This document shows, piece after piece, positions 1 through 9,153 of a stretch of 32,000 nt of DNA. The notes below the pieces were generated by a model. It was given only the letters and a program-made list of their open reading frames with translations, searched no databases and was not told the origin of the DNA. Each line of letters starts with the position of its first letter. The first letter of the stretch is position 1. This DNA is from an uncultured Lentisphaeria bacterium (GTDB lineage Bacteria > Verrucomicrobiota > Lentisphaeria > JABSQK01 > JAJFLO01), in the NCBI GenBank assembly GCA_951812855.1, contig OX638337.1:1590001-1622000 (forward strand), read 5' to 3'. The position numbers and the translations under genes are program-made.

Positions 1-2
1 GT

Positions 3-392
3 CTTGTTTTTCAAGAACTTTCCCGAGAATATTTAAGAGAATGGGGGGCTAATTGGTTTACCTCAGCACCTCAGGAATTTGTCTATTTCGATATCAACCA
101 ATGGGAATTAATTCCATTAGGTCAGAAGTTTGTCTTTTTAAGTCAGGTTTTACCTTCTGAAGGTAATATTGGTTATCATAATCTGCGATTTTTACGTGTT
201 ACTGAAATTAATGATATGCCAATAAATCGGATAGAGGAGATCGACGACGCAATTGCTAAAAATTCTACTCCGTACATTAAGGTTGAATTTGAAAGTTCAC
301 CCAGGGTTATTTATCTGGATGCGAAACGTCTTGAGAATGAAAATGAAAAAATTCAGGAGCGCTACGGGATATCCAGCCTGACTCAGTTTTGA
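3..392 (+). CDS. 3' end of a gene that starts upstream of the window; PDZ-like C-terminal region, function uncertain
   Basis: The frame is open from the window edge to TGA at 390-392 (130 codons). It is absent from the ORF track only because it has no start in the window. The translation (...GYHNLRFLRVTEINDMPINRIEEIDDAIAKNSTPYIKVEFESSPRVIYLDAKRLENE...) resembles by eye the C-terminal PDZ module of periplasmic proteases. No catalytic motif is visible. Confidence 0.5.
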   Translation, partial: LVFQELSREYLREWGANWFTSAPQEFVYFDINQWELIPLGQKFVFLSQVLPSEGNIGYHNLRFLRVTEINDMPINRIEEIDDAIAKNSTPYIKVEFESSPRVIYLDAKRLENENEKIQERYGISSLTQF

Positions 393-461
393 TAACACGT
401 ATTACGATCAACGTCTTAAATTTTTTCTTTCAATAATGTTTCTATATCCATTTAGAATTTA

Positions 462-935
462 TTATGTTTTCGCAGGTTCCCTGAGCAGACAGATTCCTGA
501 TACCCCTAGAATAATCAATATGATGCCGAGCGAAAATCGATTAAATTCGGACCATTTTGGGCCGGGTTTAAGTCGTGAATCCTGTGGATTTTCGGGATTA
601 TAATACACAACAACAGATTTTCCAATTTGATTGTCACTGATTGTTTTATAGGCGACTTCTTTTCGAGAGCTTTTCATACCAAAGCCGGGAACCTGCATAG
701 TTGATTTATCAGTGTAGTTTATGTCATTGACACGGTATTTGTAATAGACTAACGGGATATACATCCGTCGTTCGATAACCTCATTATGGATGATCGTTCC
801 TGTTATTGCAGGCCATTTTTTTCGTTTCATTCCATCCAGTATGTTGCTTAACTCCAGTCTCATCATTATCATGCCGGCGATGATAATTGCGAAAAGGACG
901 CCTGAAATTTTTAATTTGTTTTTTGAATTACTCAT
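462..935 (-). CDS. DUF3592-type membrane protein
   Basis: ATG at 935. The layout is an N-terminal TM helix (GVLFAIIIAGMIMM), WPxxTGxI, YYKYRVNDINY, VVVYYNPENPQDS and a C-terminal TM helix (LGIILIILGVSGICLL), which is the hallmark DUF3592 arrangement. Confidence 0.8.
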   Translation of the reverse strand: MSNSKNKLKISGVLFAIIIAGMIMMRLELSNILDGMKRKKWPAITGTIIHNEVIERRMYIPLVYYKYRVNDINYTDKSTMQVPGFGMKSSRKEVAYKTISDNQIGKSVVVYYNPENPQDSRLKPGPKWSEFNRFSLGIILIILGVSGICLLREPAKT

Positions 936-1269
936 TAATATTCATACATCGTGTTTTAAATATAAAAAACTGATGAAATTGGTATACAGACAGTTTATAT
1001 AAAGCCAAATCAAATCATTTAACTGTGAGATTTTCAATTCAAATGAAATTATATAAAAATATATGATACTGTACCACCCTGCGTTCCTTGCAGCTGTCAG
1101 TTTATTATCGTTATTTACCAACATATAAGTTTGTAAAGGAAGACGTTATAAAGCAAGTGAAGTTTGATATTACGCACGATAATTCGGAATTTGAGATCAT
1201 TATTCAGTAGTGTCTGAATAACTTTGGAATTTAATAATGACTCTTAGAATAAGATTCTTATAAACCCGT

Positions 1270-1306
1270 AGGTATATCAATAAATTCACAATTTATTGAT
1301 ATACCT
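1270..1306 (-). terminator. 17-bp perfect hairpin overlapping the NIF3 stop codon (candidate intrinsic terminator)
   Basis: aggtatatcaataaatt / cac / aatttattgatatacct. The arm at 1290-1306 contains the last codons and the TAA of the 1293-2018 gene. There is no clean U-run after it, so the terminator role is tentative. Confidence 0.35.
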
Positions 1307-2018
1307 GTTCTATTCTTTCTAAAACTGCAAGTATGCCGGGTACTTCGGTTTTGTAATGACCGCAGGTAATTACAGTCATATCCAATTCCTTAATAATATG
1401 GTAATAGGTATGATCCCCTTCACCGGTTATTAAGCAGTCCAGCCCTAATCGTTTACATTCGTAAATTGCACTTAAACCTGACCCGGATATAATACCGATT
1501 CTCTTCAATTTTTTATCATTAAAATCGTAAACTCTGGATTGGGTTTTTAGCTTTTCATCAAGCATATCAGCAAGTTCCGTTGATGTACCGGGGCTGCTTA
1601 GGTCTCCATATACACCTATTTCAACATTTGCATATTCAGCAAAGCAGGTCTGATTTTCCAGATTGACTGCCTTTGCAATTTGAGAGTTATGACCCAGTTC
1701 ACGGTGGGCATCAAGAGGTAAGTGAGAAGCATATAAAGAAATTTCGTTTTGAAATAATACTTTGAATCGGGATGCAATATTGCCTGTAAAAAATTTTATT
1801 CCGTCACCCCAGCTTTCACCGTGGTGGACAAGAATAAAATCGGCTGATTTCTTTATGGCCTGCTGGTATAATTCTAAACATGCATCAACCCCGCCAATTA
1901 CTCTTGAAACACTTGATTTACCTTCTATCTGCAGACCGTTATTTGACTTATCTTCTGGAATTGCCTGATTATTTAATAAATCATCGAGATAGAAAGTTAA
2001 GGTGGTTCGTTCTGTCAT
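1293..2018 (-). CDS. Nif3-like dinuclear metal centre protein (YbgI / GTP cyclohydrolase 1 type 2 family)
   Basis: 241 aa with ILVHHGESWG, LYASHLPLDAH and C-terminal GEGDHTYYH...CGHYKTE motifs typical of NIF3. The ATG overlaps the TAA of the upstream CBS gene by 1 nt (TAATG). Confidence 0.9.
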   Translation of the reverse strand: MTERTTLTFYLDDLLNNQAIPEDKSNNGLQIEGKSSVSRVIGGVDACLELYQQAIKKSADFILVHHGESWGDGIKFFTGNIASRFKVLFQNEISLYASHLPLDAHRELGHNSQIAKAVNLENQTCFAEYANVEIGVYGDLSSPGTSTELADMLDEKLKTQSRVYDFNDKKLKRIGIISGSGLSAIYECKRLGLDCLITGEGDHTYYHIIKELDMTVITCGHYKTEVPGILAVLERIEQVYQ

Positions 2019-2527
2019 TAACCAAGCTTTTTATGAATATGAGTGATGCCGGTTTCACCCAGTTTGGCTTTAAGGCGGTCATTGATATAACCGGAGTCCG
2101 GTGCATCCGGTGCATGCTGATTTTGCCACAATTTTCGGCTGGCTTTCAATACATCTCCTCGTGTCACAACTCCAATCAATATATCTTCTTCTACAACTGG
2201 AATACGGCGGAATGATTTTCGCAGAAAAATTTCGGCTGCAGCAAAAATGTCTTTATCAGGAGTAATCGTCGTTAATTTTCTGGACATATAATTATGGACT
2301 TTCCCGGCAGGTAAATCATAGAAAGCTCCGTTTGCAAGAATTGACATGCAGTCTTTTGCGGTTAACACTCCAACCAATTTTTTATAGTGACCATCACGAT
2401 CAACAACCGGGGCACCCGAAATTTTGTGATCTAAAAGTAAATTAATCGCCGTAAAAATTTCCATTGTCTCGGTTACGGTTACTAATTTTGTAGACATAAA
2501 GTCTTTAACAATAGGGATCTTTTGCAT
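2018..2527 (-). CDS. CBS domain pair protein
   Basis: 169 aa with two CBS motifs (MSTKLVTV...ISGAPVVD and MSRKLTTITPD...RRIPVVEEDILIGVVTRGDVL) and no other domain. It is translationally coupled to the NIF3 gene. Confidence 0.85.
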   Translation of the reverse strand: MQKIPIVKDFMSTKLVTVTETMEIFTAINLLLDHKISGAPVVDRDGHYKKLVGVLTAKDCMSILANGAFYDLPAGKVHNYMSRKLTTITPDKDIFAAAEIFLRKSFRRIPVVEEDILIGVVTRGDVLKASRKLWQNQHAPDAPDSGYINDRLKAKLGETGITHIHKKLG

Positions 2528-2963
2528 GATAATGACCTGGCTTGTATGGAAAATTTAATGGTTAATCCTATTTCATACGGATAACCTTACAACAAATATG
2601 GTGTAAGATAATATCAATTTAAGGAGGTTGCAAGGAACTTATCAACATTCGATCGAAGTCAGTTAACACTCCCTTCTGAACATTATTCATAATTGTCAAA
2701 GAGACAAATAGCTGTATACTGCGGATTGTTTGTAAATGGTCTGTTTAATCCTAAGTTATTGGGTTAGATGGAGTCTATTCGGTTATCTTCGATAATATGG
2801 TATCTGAGCACCTTTTTAAAATACACCCGTGTGTCGGATCGTTGATGCATTATGAATATTTTTAAGATTGTGCCAAATATTAATGGCTTGTTCTCCATGA
2901 AGAATCAATTATATCGGGTGGCGATTCTTTGTTACTATTAAAAATAATTAGTTTATTTGTCAT

Positions 2964-3236
2964 ATGTGTAAAACAGTTGAAAAATCATTTATCATTCAAA
3001 ACAAATATGGGATGCATGCAAGACCGGCATCATTATTGGTAAAAACTGCGGTTGCATTTGACTCGGAGATTTTCGTATTAAAAGGAAAAATTGAAGGGAA
3101 TTGTAAGAGTATTATGGATGTTTTGATGTTGGCTGCTGAGCATGGCGATGAATTAAAGATTATTGCAAAGGGCGGGGATGCTCGCCTTGCGATGGAGGAA
3201 TTAGAAAAACTTTTTGACAGTAATTTTAATGAGTAA
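2964..3236 (+). CDS. ptsH: Phosphocarrier protein HPr
   Basis: 90 aa. The active-site His context is NKYGMHARPASLLV and the regulatory Ser context is GNCKSIMDVLML. Length and motif spacing are typical of HPr. Confidence 0.9.
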   Translation: MCKTVEKSFIIQNKYGMHARPASLLVKTAVAFDSEIFVLKGKIEGNCKSIMDVLMLAAEHGDELKIIAKGGDARLAMEELEKLFDSNFNE

Positions 3237-3774
3237 TCAAACAAGATGTCAGCCGTTAAAAATTAAGAATGATATTTGCCGGGTATGGACTGCCGTCAAG
3301 ACGAAATCCAGATGTGAAAAAAAGGTTTCAGCACTATGTGACAGGAGAGATATTCCTCATTATTTGCCTCTGCAACGAAATATCAGACATTACAAGAGTA
3401 AACGTGTTGAGTCCATGGTTCCCATATTTTCGGGATACATCTTTATTCACCTTGACAGTGCCGCGAAAAAAATTGTCGAAGAATTTCGACATACAGCACA
3501 ATTGCTTATACCTGATAAGAGAATGGAACACCTGTTAATTACAGAGTTAAATAATATCGAATTAATCATAGCAGCAACATCTGCCGGTGAGTTAATTGTC
3601 CGACCCGAAATGGTGCCTGGTCAATCTGTAATTATTAAATCCGGCAGTTTAGCGGGTTTAAGTGGGATTGTCAGTCGACGAAATAACAAAACTCGTGTTT
3701 CTGTTAATGTTGAAATGATCGGTTTTTCGGTGAGTCTTGATATTGATGTATGTGAATTAGAGATTAATTATTAG
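3229..3774 (+). CDS. Specialised NusG paralog (UpxY/RfaH-like transcription antiterminator)
   Basis: NGN domain pattern WTAVKTKSRCEKKV...IPHYLPL...VPIFSGYIFIHLD and a C-terminal KOW-like segment PGQSVIIKSGSLAGLSGIV...VSVNVEMIG. ATG 3229 overlaps the ptsH stop by 8 nt; TTG 3214 (the track start) is the alternative. It is not in the secE-nusG-rplK context expected for housekeeping nusG. Confidence 0.75.
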   Translation: MSNQTRCQPLKIKNDICRVWTAVKTKSRCEKKVSALCDRRDIPHYLPLQRNIRHYKSKRVESMVPIFSGYIFIHLDSAAKKIVEEFRHTAQLLIPDKRMEHLLITELNNIELIIAATSAGELIVRPEMVPGQSVIIKSGSLAGLSGIVSRRNNKTRVSVNVEMIGFSVSLDIDVCELEINY

Positions 3775-3802
3775 GATTTAATTTCCAGGAAAATTCTTAA
3801 TT

Positions 3803-5506
3803 ATGGCTCTTAAGTTTCCAGATCGTTACGAATCTGATTATTTGATAATTGGCAGTGGCATTGCCGGTTTATTTGCTGCAATCAAGGCATCTGAATTGGG
3901 TTCAGTAATTATTTTGACTAAAAAAACTGTCCTGGATTGCAATACTGTCCGGGCCCAGGGTGGAATTGCATGTGTTACAGATCATGGAGATAATTTTGAC
4001 AGTCATATTAATGACACCATTATTGCCGGTGCTGGATTATGTAATAAAAGGGTTGTCGAAAAAATTATTCAGGATGCACCCTCACGGATAAATGATTTAT
4101 TAGATCTCGGTGCAAAATTTACGCGGAGGCGGGATCTTCAGGAGAGGGTATCAAATGAAGAGAATAATGAATATGATCTCGGTAAAGAAGGAGGTCATTC
4201 AAAGCGACGCATTTTGCACAGCGGAGACATTACAGGTGAGGAGATCATGCGAATTCTTTATGATGCCTGTAAGCGGAATTCAAATATCAAAATCCTTGAA
4301 TCTTTTCAGGCTGTTGACCTGATATCGTCAAAAAAACTCGGGTTAAACGGAAAAAACCAATGTTTAGGTGCGTATGCATTAAATAACCGTTCAAATAGTG
4401 TCCATACGTTCCATAGTAAGTTTGTACTGCTCGCAACCGGTGGTGCCGGCAAGGTGTACCTTTATACAAGCAATCCCGATGTTGCATGTGGAGAAGGAAT
4501 TGCAATGGCATATCGAGCTTATGCTAAAATTACAAATATGGAGTTTTTCCAGTTTCATCCCACCTGTTTGTATAATCCAAAAGCAAGAGCGTTTTTGATT
4601 AGTGAAGCTGTACGGGGAGAAGGAGCTATTTTAAAAATCAAGGATAGAGGTACCTATATTGATTTTATGAATAGTTACCATGAATCAGGCAGTTTGGCTC
4701 CTCGAGACATTGTTGCCAGGGCTATTGACAAAGAATTGAAAAGAACCGGGCAACCGTGTGTTTATCTTGATGTGACCGGCCATTCGGAATCTTATCTGCA
4801 CAAACGGTTTCCCAATATTTTCGATACATGTCTGGAATTTGGATTTAATATGTCCAAAGATTTTTTACCTGTTGTTCCGGCAGCCCATTATTGCTGTGGC
4901 GGTGTGCAGACAGATGTCAACGGTAAAACGTGTGTTAATAATCTCTTTGCAATAGGTGAAGTTGGATGTACCGGATTTCATGGAGCGAATCGATTGGCAA
5001 GCAACAGTTTACTGGAAGCCCTGGTTGTTTCAAATAATGCGATAGAAGAATCCAAAGGAATGTTGCAGAAGTGTGTAAAAAATGAGTCAGGCCGCAGCCT
5101 GTACAATGATATCCCGGACTGGAGTAGCGGCGATGCAGTTGATGCTGATGAATTAGTTGTGATCTATCACAACTGGGATGAAATTCGGCGATTCATGTGG
5201 GATTACGTCGGTATCTACCGCACCACAAAACGGTTACAGCGGGCAAAAACCCGTATTCGTAATATCAGAAAAGAAATTGAACATTTTTATTGGGATTTTA
5301 CTATTACAGCAGATTTAGTCGAACTTAGAAATTTGGCCTCGGTCGCAGAAATGATCATAGATTCAGCCTTGGAAAGAGAGTGCAGCATTGGGTTACATTA
5401 TAATATTGACTATCCCGATGCTGATGAAGCGATGATGCAAAAGGAGATCGTATTGCAAAGATTTGAAACTGCTGGAAAGTCATCAAAATATAGTGCAAGA
5501 GTCTAG
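3803..5506 (+). CDS. nadB: L-aspartate oxidase
   Basis: 567 aa with the FAD fold DYLIIGSGIAGL, RAQGGIA, FHPT, SEAVRGEGA, GGVQTD and EVGCTGFHGANRLASNSLLE. Confidence 0.92.
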   Translation: MALKFPDRYESDYLIIGSGIAGLFAAIKASELGSVIILTKKTVLDCNTVRAQGGIACVTDHGDNFDSHINDTIIAGAGLCNKRVVEKIIQDAPSRINDLLDLGAKFTRRRDLQERVSNEENNEYDLGKEGGHSKRRILHSGDITGEEIMRILYDACKRNSNIKILESFQAVDLISSKKLGLNGKNQCLGAYALNNRSNSVHTFHSKFVLLATGGAGKVYLYTSNPDVACGEGIAMAYRAYAKITNMEFFQFHPTCLYNPKARAFLISEAVRGEGAILKIKDRGTYIDFMNSYHESGSLAPRDIVARAIDKELKRTGQPCVYLDVTGHSESYLHKRFPNIFDTCLEFGFNMSKDFLPVVPAAHYCCGGVQTDVNGKTCVNNLFAIGEVGCTGFHGANRLASNSLLEALVVSNNAIEESKGMLQKCVKNESGRSLYNDIPDWSSGDAVDADELVVIYHNWDEIRRFMWDYVGIYRTTKRLQRAKTRIRNIRKEIEHFYWDFTITADLVELRNLASVAEMIIDSALERECSIGLHYNIDYPDADEAMMQKEIVLQRFETAGKSSKYSARV

Positions 5507-6617
5507 GAAATTAATCTATGGCAGTAGTGACGGCTCTGCTGATTTACTTTACGCTATTGGTGTATTTATTCCAGATCCTGTTCTTTGGTTTTCGTTAGAT
5601 TCTGAAACGTCATTTATCATTGTTAGTTCATTGGAATATAATCGAGTAAAAAAAGAAGCCGGGGATCATGTATGTGTTTTAAGTTACACTGAGGCAATAA
5701 AACAGTTTAGTTTGAATGATCTCTCCCCAGAATCTCAGATAATAGGCATAAGTAAATATTATCGGATTCGAAGATGGCTGGTGCCTTCTGAATTTCCACT
5801 GGCAATAGCGAGGAAAACTGAAGTAAAAGGTATAAAAATAGAGCCTGTGAAAGCACCCTTTTTTGAAAAAAGGGAATTCAAATCGACAGCTGAAATTAGA
5901 AAAATTAAGGACGGTGTCCGATTAGCAGAATTGGGACTTGAAAAAGCACTTGGTATTATCCGTGAATCTAAAATTATTGATGGCGTACTTCATTGGAACA
6001 ATCTCGTTCTCACATCAGAGATTATAAAAGGGGAAATTAATTCAATAATTTGCAAAAATGGCGGTTCTGCAAGTCAAACCATCGTGGCATGTGGTAGACA
6101 GTCTGCAGATCCTCATTGTACTGGATCAGGCAAATTATTCGCAAATCAACCGATTATAATTGACATTTTTCCCAGAGTTGCTTCGACCGGTTATTACGGT
6201 GACCTGACCCGAACCGTTGTAAAAGGAAGTGCACCAGAAATTGTATGGAAAGCATTTGATCTGGTATTGAATACGTATCAGGATGCACAGAGAAAAATTA
6301 AATCTGGTGTAAATGGGAAAACGATTCATGAGAACATCGTTGACTCGTTTGAGAAAGGAGGTTTTAAAACAGACTTAACAGCAAGTGTCCCTTGTGGATT
6401 CATTCATGGGACCGGGCATGGATTGGGTCTGGAAATTCATGAGAGACCGCGTATTAATAGTCATAGATATATATTAAAAAAGGGGCACGTTGTTACTGTT
6501 GAACCGGGTTTATATTATCCGGAATGGGGAGGCATTCGATTAGAAGACGTCGTTGTTGTCAGAAAAAAAAGTCATAGAAATTTAACCGTCGCACCTGTTT
6601 ATTTAGAAATACCATAA
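5463..6617 (+). CDS. M24 family metallopeptidase (Xaa-Pro aminopeptidase/dipeptidase-like)
   Basis: Pita-bread fold metal-ligand motifs [41 protein letters not shown] and IRLEDVV. The start is uncertain: TTG 5463 overlaps nadB by 44 nt, and in-frame GTG 5493 would reduce the overlap to 14 nt. Confidence 0.85.
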   Translation: MKLLESHQNIVQESRKLIYGSSDGSADLLYAIGVFIPDPVLWFSLDSETSFIIVSSLEYNRVKKEAGDHVCVLSYTEAIKQFSLNDLSPESQIIGISKYYRIRRWLVPSEFPLAIARKTEVKGIKIEPVKAPFFEKREFKSTAEIRKIKDGVRLAELGLEKALGIIRESKIIDGVLHWNNLVLTSEIIKGEINSIICKNGGSASQTIVACGRQSADPHCTGSGKLFANQPIIIDIFPRVASTGYYGDLTRTVVKGSAPEIVWKAFDLVLNTYQDAQRKIKSGVNGKTIHENIVDSFEKGGFKTDLTASVPCGFIHGTGHGLGLEIHERPRINSHRYILKKGHVVTVEPGLYYPEWGGIRLEDVVVVRKKSHRNLTVAPVYLEIP

Positions 6618-7453
6618 TGAAGACAAATACTATACCTGTTTGTTTAACTGTTGCGGGCAGCGACAGTGGTGGTTGTGCCGGAATACAGGTTGATCTGAAA
6701 ACTTTTGAATACTTTAATGTTTTTGGTACAAGTGTTATTACCACGGTAACTGCACAAAATCCGAAAGAAGTTCAGTCTATCCATCCCGTGCCGGATGCAG
6801 AAGTAACAAGTCAGCTTAAGGCTGTTTTTGATATGTTTGATATTAGAGCAATTAAAACAGGAATGCTATATTCTGAGAATATTATTTGCAGATTATTAGA
6901 ATTTCTGGAACATATTAATTATGACGATTTTCTTATCATTGACCCTATAATGGTTGCTGGCTGTGGTGACCCTTTATCTAAGGTTAGTCGTTATGGATTT
7001 ATAACGGGTAAACTTTTGCGGGCATCTGACTTAGTTACACCAAATCTTGCTGAAGCAGAAGTCTTACTGGGGCGGACACTGAAATCGTATTCAGATATAA
7101 TTATTGCAGTCAGAGAACTTTCTGAAATGTTCAAAACTAATGTCTTGTTGAAAGGTGGGCATTTTAAACACGAAATGGCAAGCGACTGGTATTGTGATGG
7201 TGATGAAATCTACGAAGTTTCATGTCCGTATTTAAAGGTGAAAACAACCCATGGTACAGGATGTCGGTTATCGTCGGCGATTGCCGCAAATGTGGCAATT
7301 GGGAAGTCTATTTTTGAGTCAGTGAGAATTGGGAAAATTTATGTATATAGAAATTTGAAACACATTCTTCAGGTTGGAAATCAGTGCTTTGCACTTGGTC
7401 AACCGGTGGATATGAATGCACCTGAACTGAATATAACTAAGCTTAAAAATTGA
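6617..7453 (+). CDS. thiD: Hydroxymethylpyrimidine/phosphomethylpyrimidine kinase
   Basis: [40 protein letters not shown] and [14 protein letters not shown]. The ATG overlaps the upstream TAA by 1 nt. Confidence 0.9.
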   Translation: MKTNTIPVCLTVAGSDSGGCAGIQVDLKTFEYFNVFGTSVITTVTAQNPKEVQSIHPVPDAEVTSQLKAVFDMFDIRAIKTGMLYSENIICRLLEFLEHINYDDFLIIDPIMVAGCGDPLSKVSRYGFITGKLLRASDLVTPNLAEAEVLLGRTLKSYSDIIIAVRELSEMFKTNVLLKGGHFKHEMASDWYCDGDEIYEVSCPYLKVKTTHGTGCRLSSAIAANVAIGKSIFESVRIGKIYVYRNLKHILQVGNQCFALGQPVDMNAPELNITKLKN

Positions 7454-7455
7454 AA

Positions 7456-7878
7456 AACGGTATCGGCGGATATAAGCCAGATTCTGTATTCAAAATCTAT
7501 TTAAGAATATAAACCTGTAAACAGGAATACATCAGTGATAGTATTCTGAATGATGGCCATTAATCTTTGCGGTCTACCCAAAACTTTTTCTTGCGAATTG
7601 ATGCGGGCAGCATCTCGTTTTTTATTTGACCTTGCTTCGGGAGGGGTTTACCCGGCAATCAGGCTTACGCTCTAATCCGGTGGGCTCTTACCCCACCATT
7701 TCACCTTTTCCTGTACAATGTATTTGTACAGGTAGTTTAATTTCTGCGGCACTTTCCTGATAGAGACATATTTTTCCCTATATCCTGAATTTCTTCAGGA
7801 CTCCCTGCCCTTGGAAGTCCGGACTTTCCTCTTCATTAAAATTTCAATGAAGCGACCATCCTCCACCGATACCGAAAG
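7456..7878 (-). ncRNA. rnpB: RNase P RNA, bacterial type A
   Basis: The reverse complement contains GAGGAAAGTCCGGACTTCCAAGGGCAGGG (P4/J-region core), GGTGAAATGGTGGGGTAAGAGCCCACC, GCCGGGTAAACCCCTCCCGAAGCAAGGTCAAATA, GGGTAGACCGC and ACAGAATCTGGCTTAT. The P1 pairing is CGGTATCGGTGGA (5') with TCCGCCGATACCG (3'). End coordinates are good to about 5 nt. Confidence 0.92.
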
Positions 7879-7944
7879 GTTGGACACTACTCTTGTCTAA
7901 AAACTTGTGTTTTAGTGATTCTAATTAAATATCGAACTATAAAA

Positions 7945-8871
7945 TTAATCAATTCCTTCTATAGATTCCAGGGAATCAATTTCAATGACTGGTCTGGGCC
8001 ATCCTTTTAACCAACGCTGTCGACCCTTTAATTTTACTTTCTGCCGGTTCCAGTCATCCAGATTAAAATTTCCTGAACTTAAATATGCTAATGGATAATA
8101 TTGTGAATCAATACTGATTGCGATTGAATATGTAAATGGTTTGTGATCATCACCAAGCAAAATAATTGTTCCAGTTTTTTCCACTTTTTTTGACTTCCCA
8201 ATATAGGTAAGAGTTGGCTCGACTGGCTTTCCTGCCAGGGGAGCAACTCTATTAGATTCAGTAGGTTCTTTGATATCTGATTCGTTCTTATCATGTCTCT
8301 GAGAATGTTTCTCCTCCAATGGTTTTTGGGAAGAGTGGGAATTTATTTTTTCAACCGTAGAAGAATCGGGTGTAGACGAAGGATTTTTTACCATTTCCTT
8401 ACGCACGTAATTTCTGTGAATCCAGACAATCGCATTATCCGGGGGGATGATTTTTACCCATTTGTCTTCGTAGACTTTTACTTTTTGTACAGTGTAATTT
8501 TTAACGAGTGTTGTATAAGTGGAAAATATTGTTCCAGGTCCTGAATAAACGAATGTTTTATCAATCGTCTTGTTTTCAGAATCCAATTTATTTTTGGAGA
8601 TCCAGGCTTCAGCATGATGCGGGGCACTTATACCTAACCATTCGCCCTGTGTTTTTTTAATATCTATTATGTCTCCTTTTCTTAATTGACACACGACTTC
8701 AAATTTAACCGCCGGTTTTGCACGAACATTAAGGATATTCGCAATAATTTCCCCCTTAACATATTGTTTAGAGCCATCGTTACCGGCTGCTTCGCAGTAG
8801 GCAACACTGAACAACTGAAAAATTGTACAGAATATTAAAACAATTCTCGTTTCTTGAATTTTATATGTCAT
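7945..8871 (-). CDS. Secreted protein with two bacterial SH3-like domains
   Basis: Signal-peptide-like N-terminus (IVLIFCTIFQLFSVAYCEA). Two SH3b-like blocks follow (ANILNVRAKPAVKFEVVCQLRKGDIIDIKKTQGEWLGI and TLVKNYTVQKVKVYEDKWVKIIPPDNAIVWI), then a Ser/Pro/Glu/Lys-rich linker and an uncharacterised C-terminal domain. Confidence 0.7.
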   Translation of the reverse strand: MTYKIQETRIVLIFCTIFQLFSVAYCEAAGNDGSKQYVKGEIIANILNVRAKPAVKFEVVCQLRKGDIIDIKKTQGEWLGISAPHHAEAWISKNKLDSENKTIDKTFVYSGPGTIFSTYTTLVKNYTVQKVKVYEDKWVKIIPPDNAIVWIHRNYVRKEMVKNPSSTPDSSTVEKINSHSSQKPLEEKHSQRHDKNESDIKEPTESNRVAPLAGKPVEPTLTYIGKSKKVEKTGTIILLGDDHKPFTYSIAISIDSQYYPLAYLSSGNFNLDDWNRQKVKLKGRQRWLKGWPRPVIEIDSLESIEGID

Positions 8872-8974
8872 AATTTTAATGGATTAAAAATCGTAAGAAA
8901 ATAAAATATTATTGTTTGTAACAAGCAAGGACGGGAGTTAGTAGTATGGCCGCTTTATATTTTAACCGCAAAAC

Positions 8975-9051
8975 GGGGTTGTAGCGCAACTGGTTAGAGC
9001 ACCACACTGTCACTGTGGAGGTCGCGGGTTCGAATCCCGTCAACCCCGCCA
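8975..9051 (+). tRNA. tRNA-Asp (anticodon GTC), CCA encoded
   Basis: Cloverleaf by hand: acceptor GGGGTTG/CAACCCC, D-loop with A14 and G18G19, anticodon arm CCACA-CTGTCAC-TGTGG, T-arm GCGGG-TTCGAAT-CCCGT, discriminator G73, then CCA. Confidence 0.93.
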
Positions 9052-9153
9052 TTTTTCCTCTTTCTATGTTCTCATTGAATACGATAATTTGTCATTGTAT
9101 TTGATTTTTCAACTAATTTTTGAATGATATATCAACATTTTAGTCTGCCCTGA

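Noticed and set aside
790-1124. Track ORFs 790-1002 (+) and 942-1124 (-)
   Set aside because: The first is antisense to the well-supported DUF3592 gene. The second lies in an AT-rich spacer and is an Ile/Asn/Tyr/Leu-rich product of composition only.
5463-5506. 44-nt overlap between nadB and the M24 peptidase gene as a possible recoding or fusion site
   Set aside because: It is most simply an over-extended start. The track start is TTG, and an in-frame GTG at 5493 gives a conventional short overlap. No slippery heptamer or stimulatory structure is evident.
8975-9051. tRNA-Asp as an integration site for a genomic island
   Set aside because: No integrase or recombinase gene flanks it, and I noticed no direct repeat of the tRNA 3' end elsewhere in the window. 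The flanking genes (SH3 protein, coaD-coaE) are ordinary.
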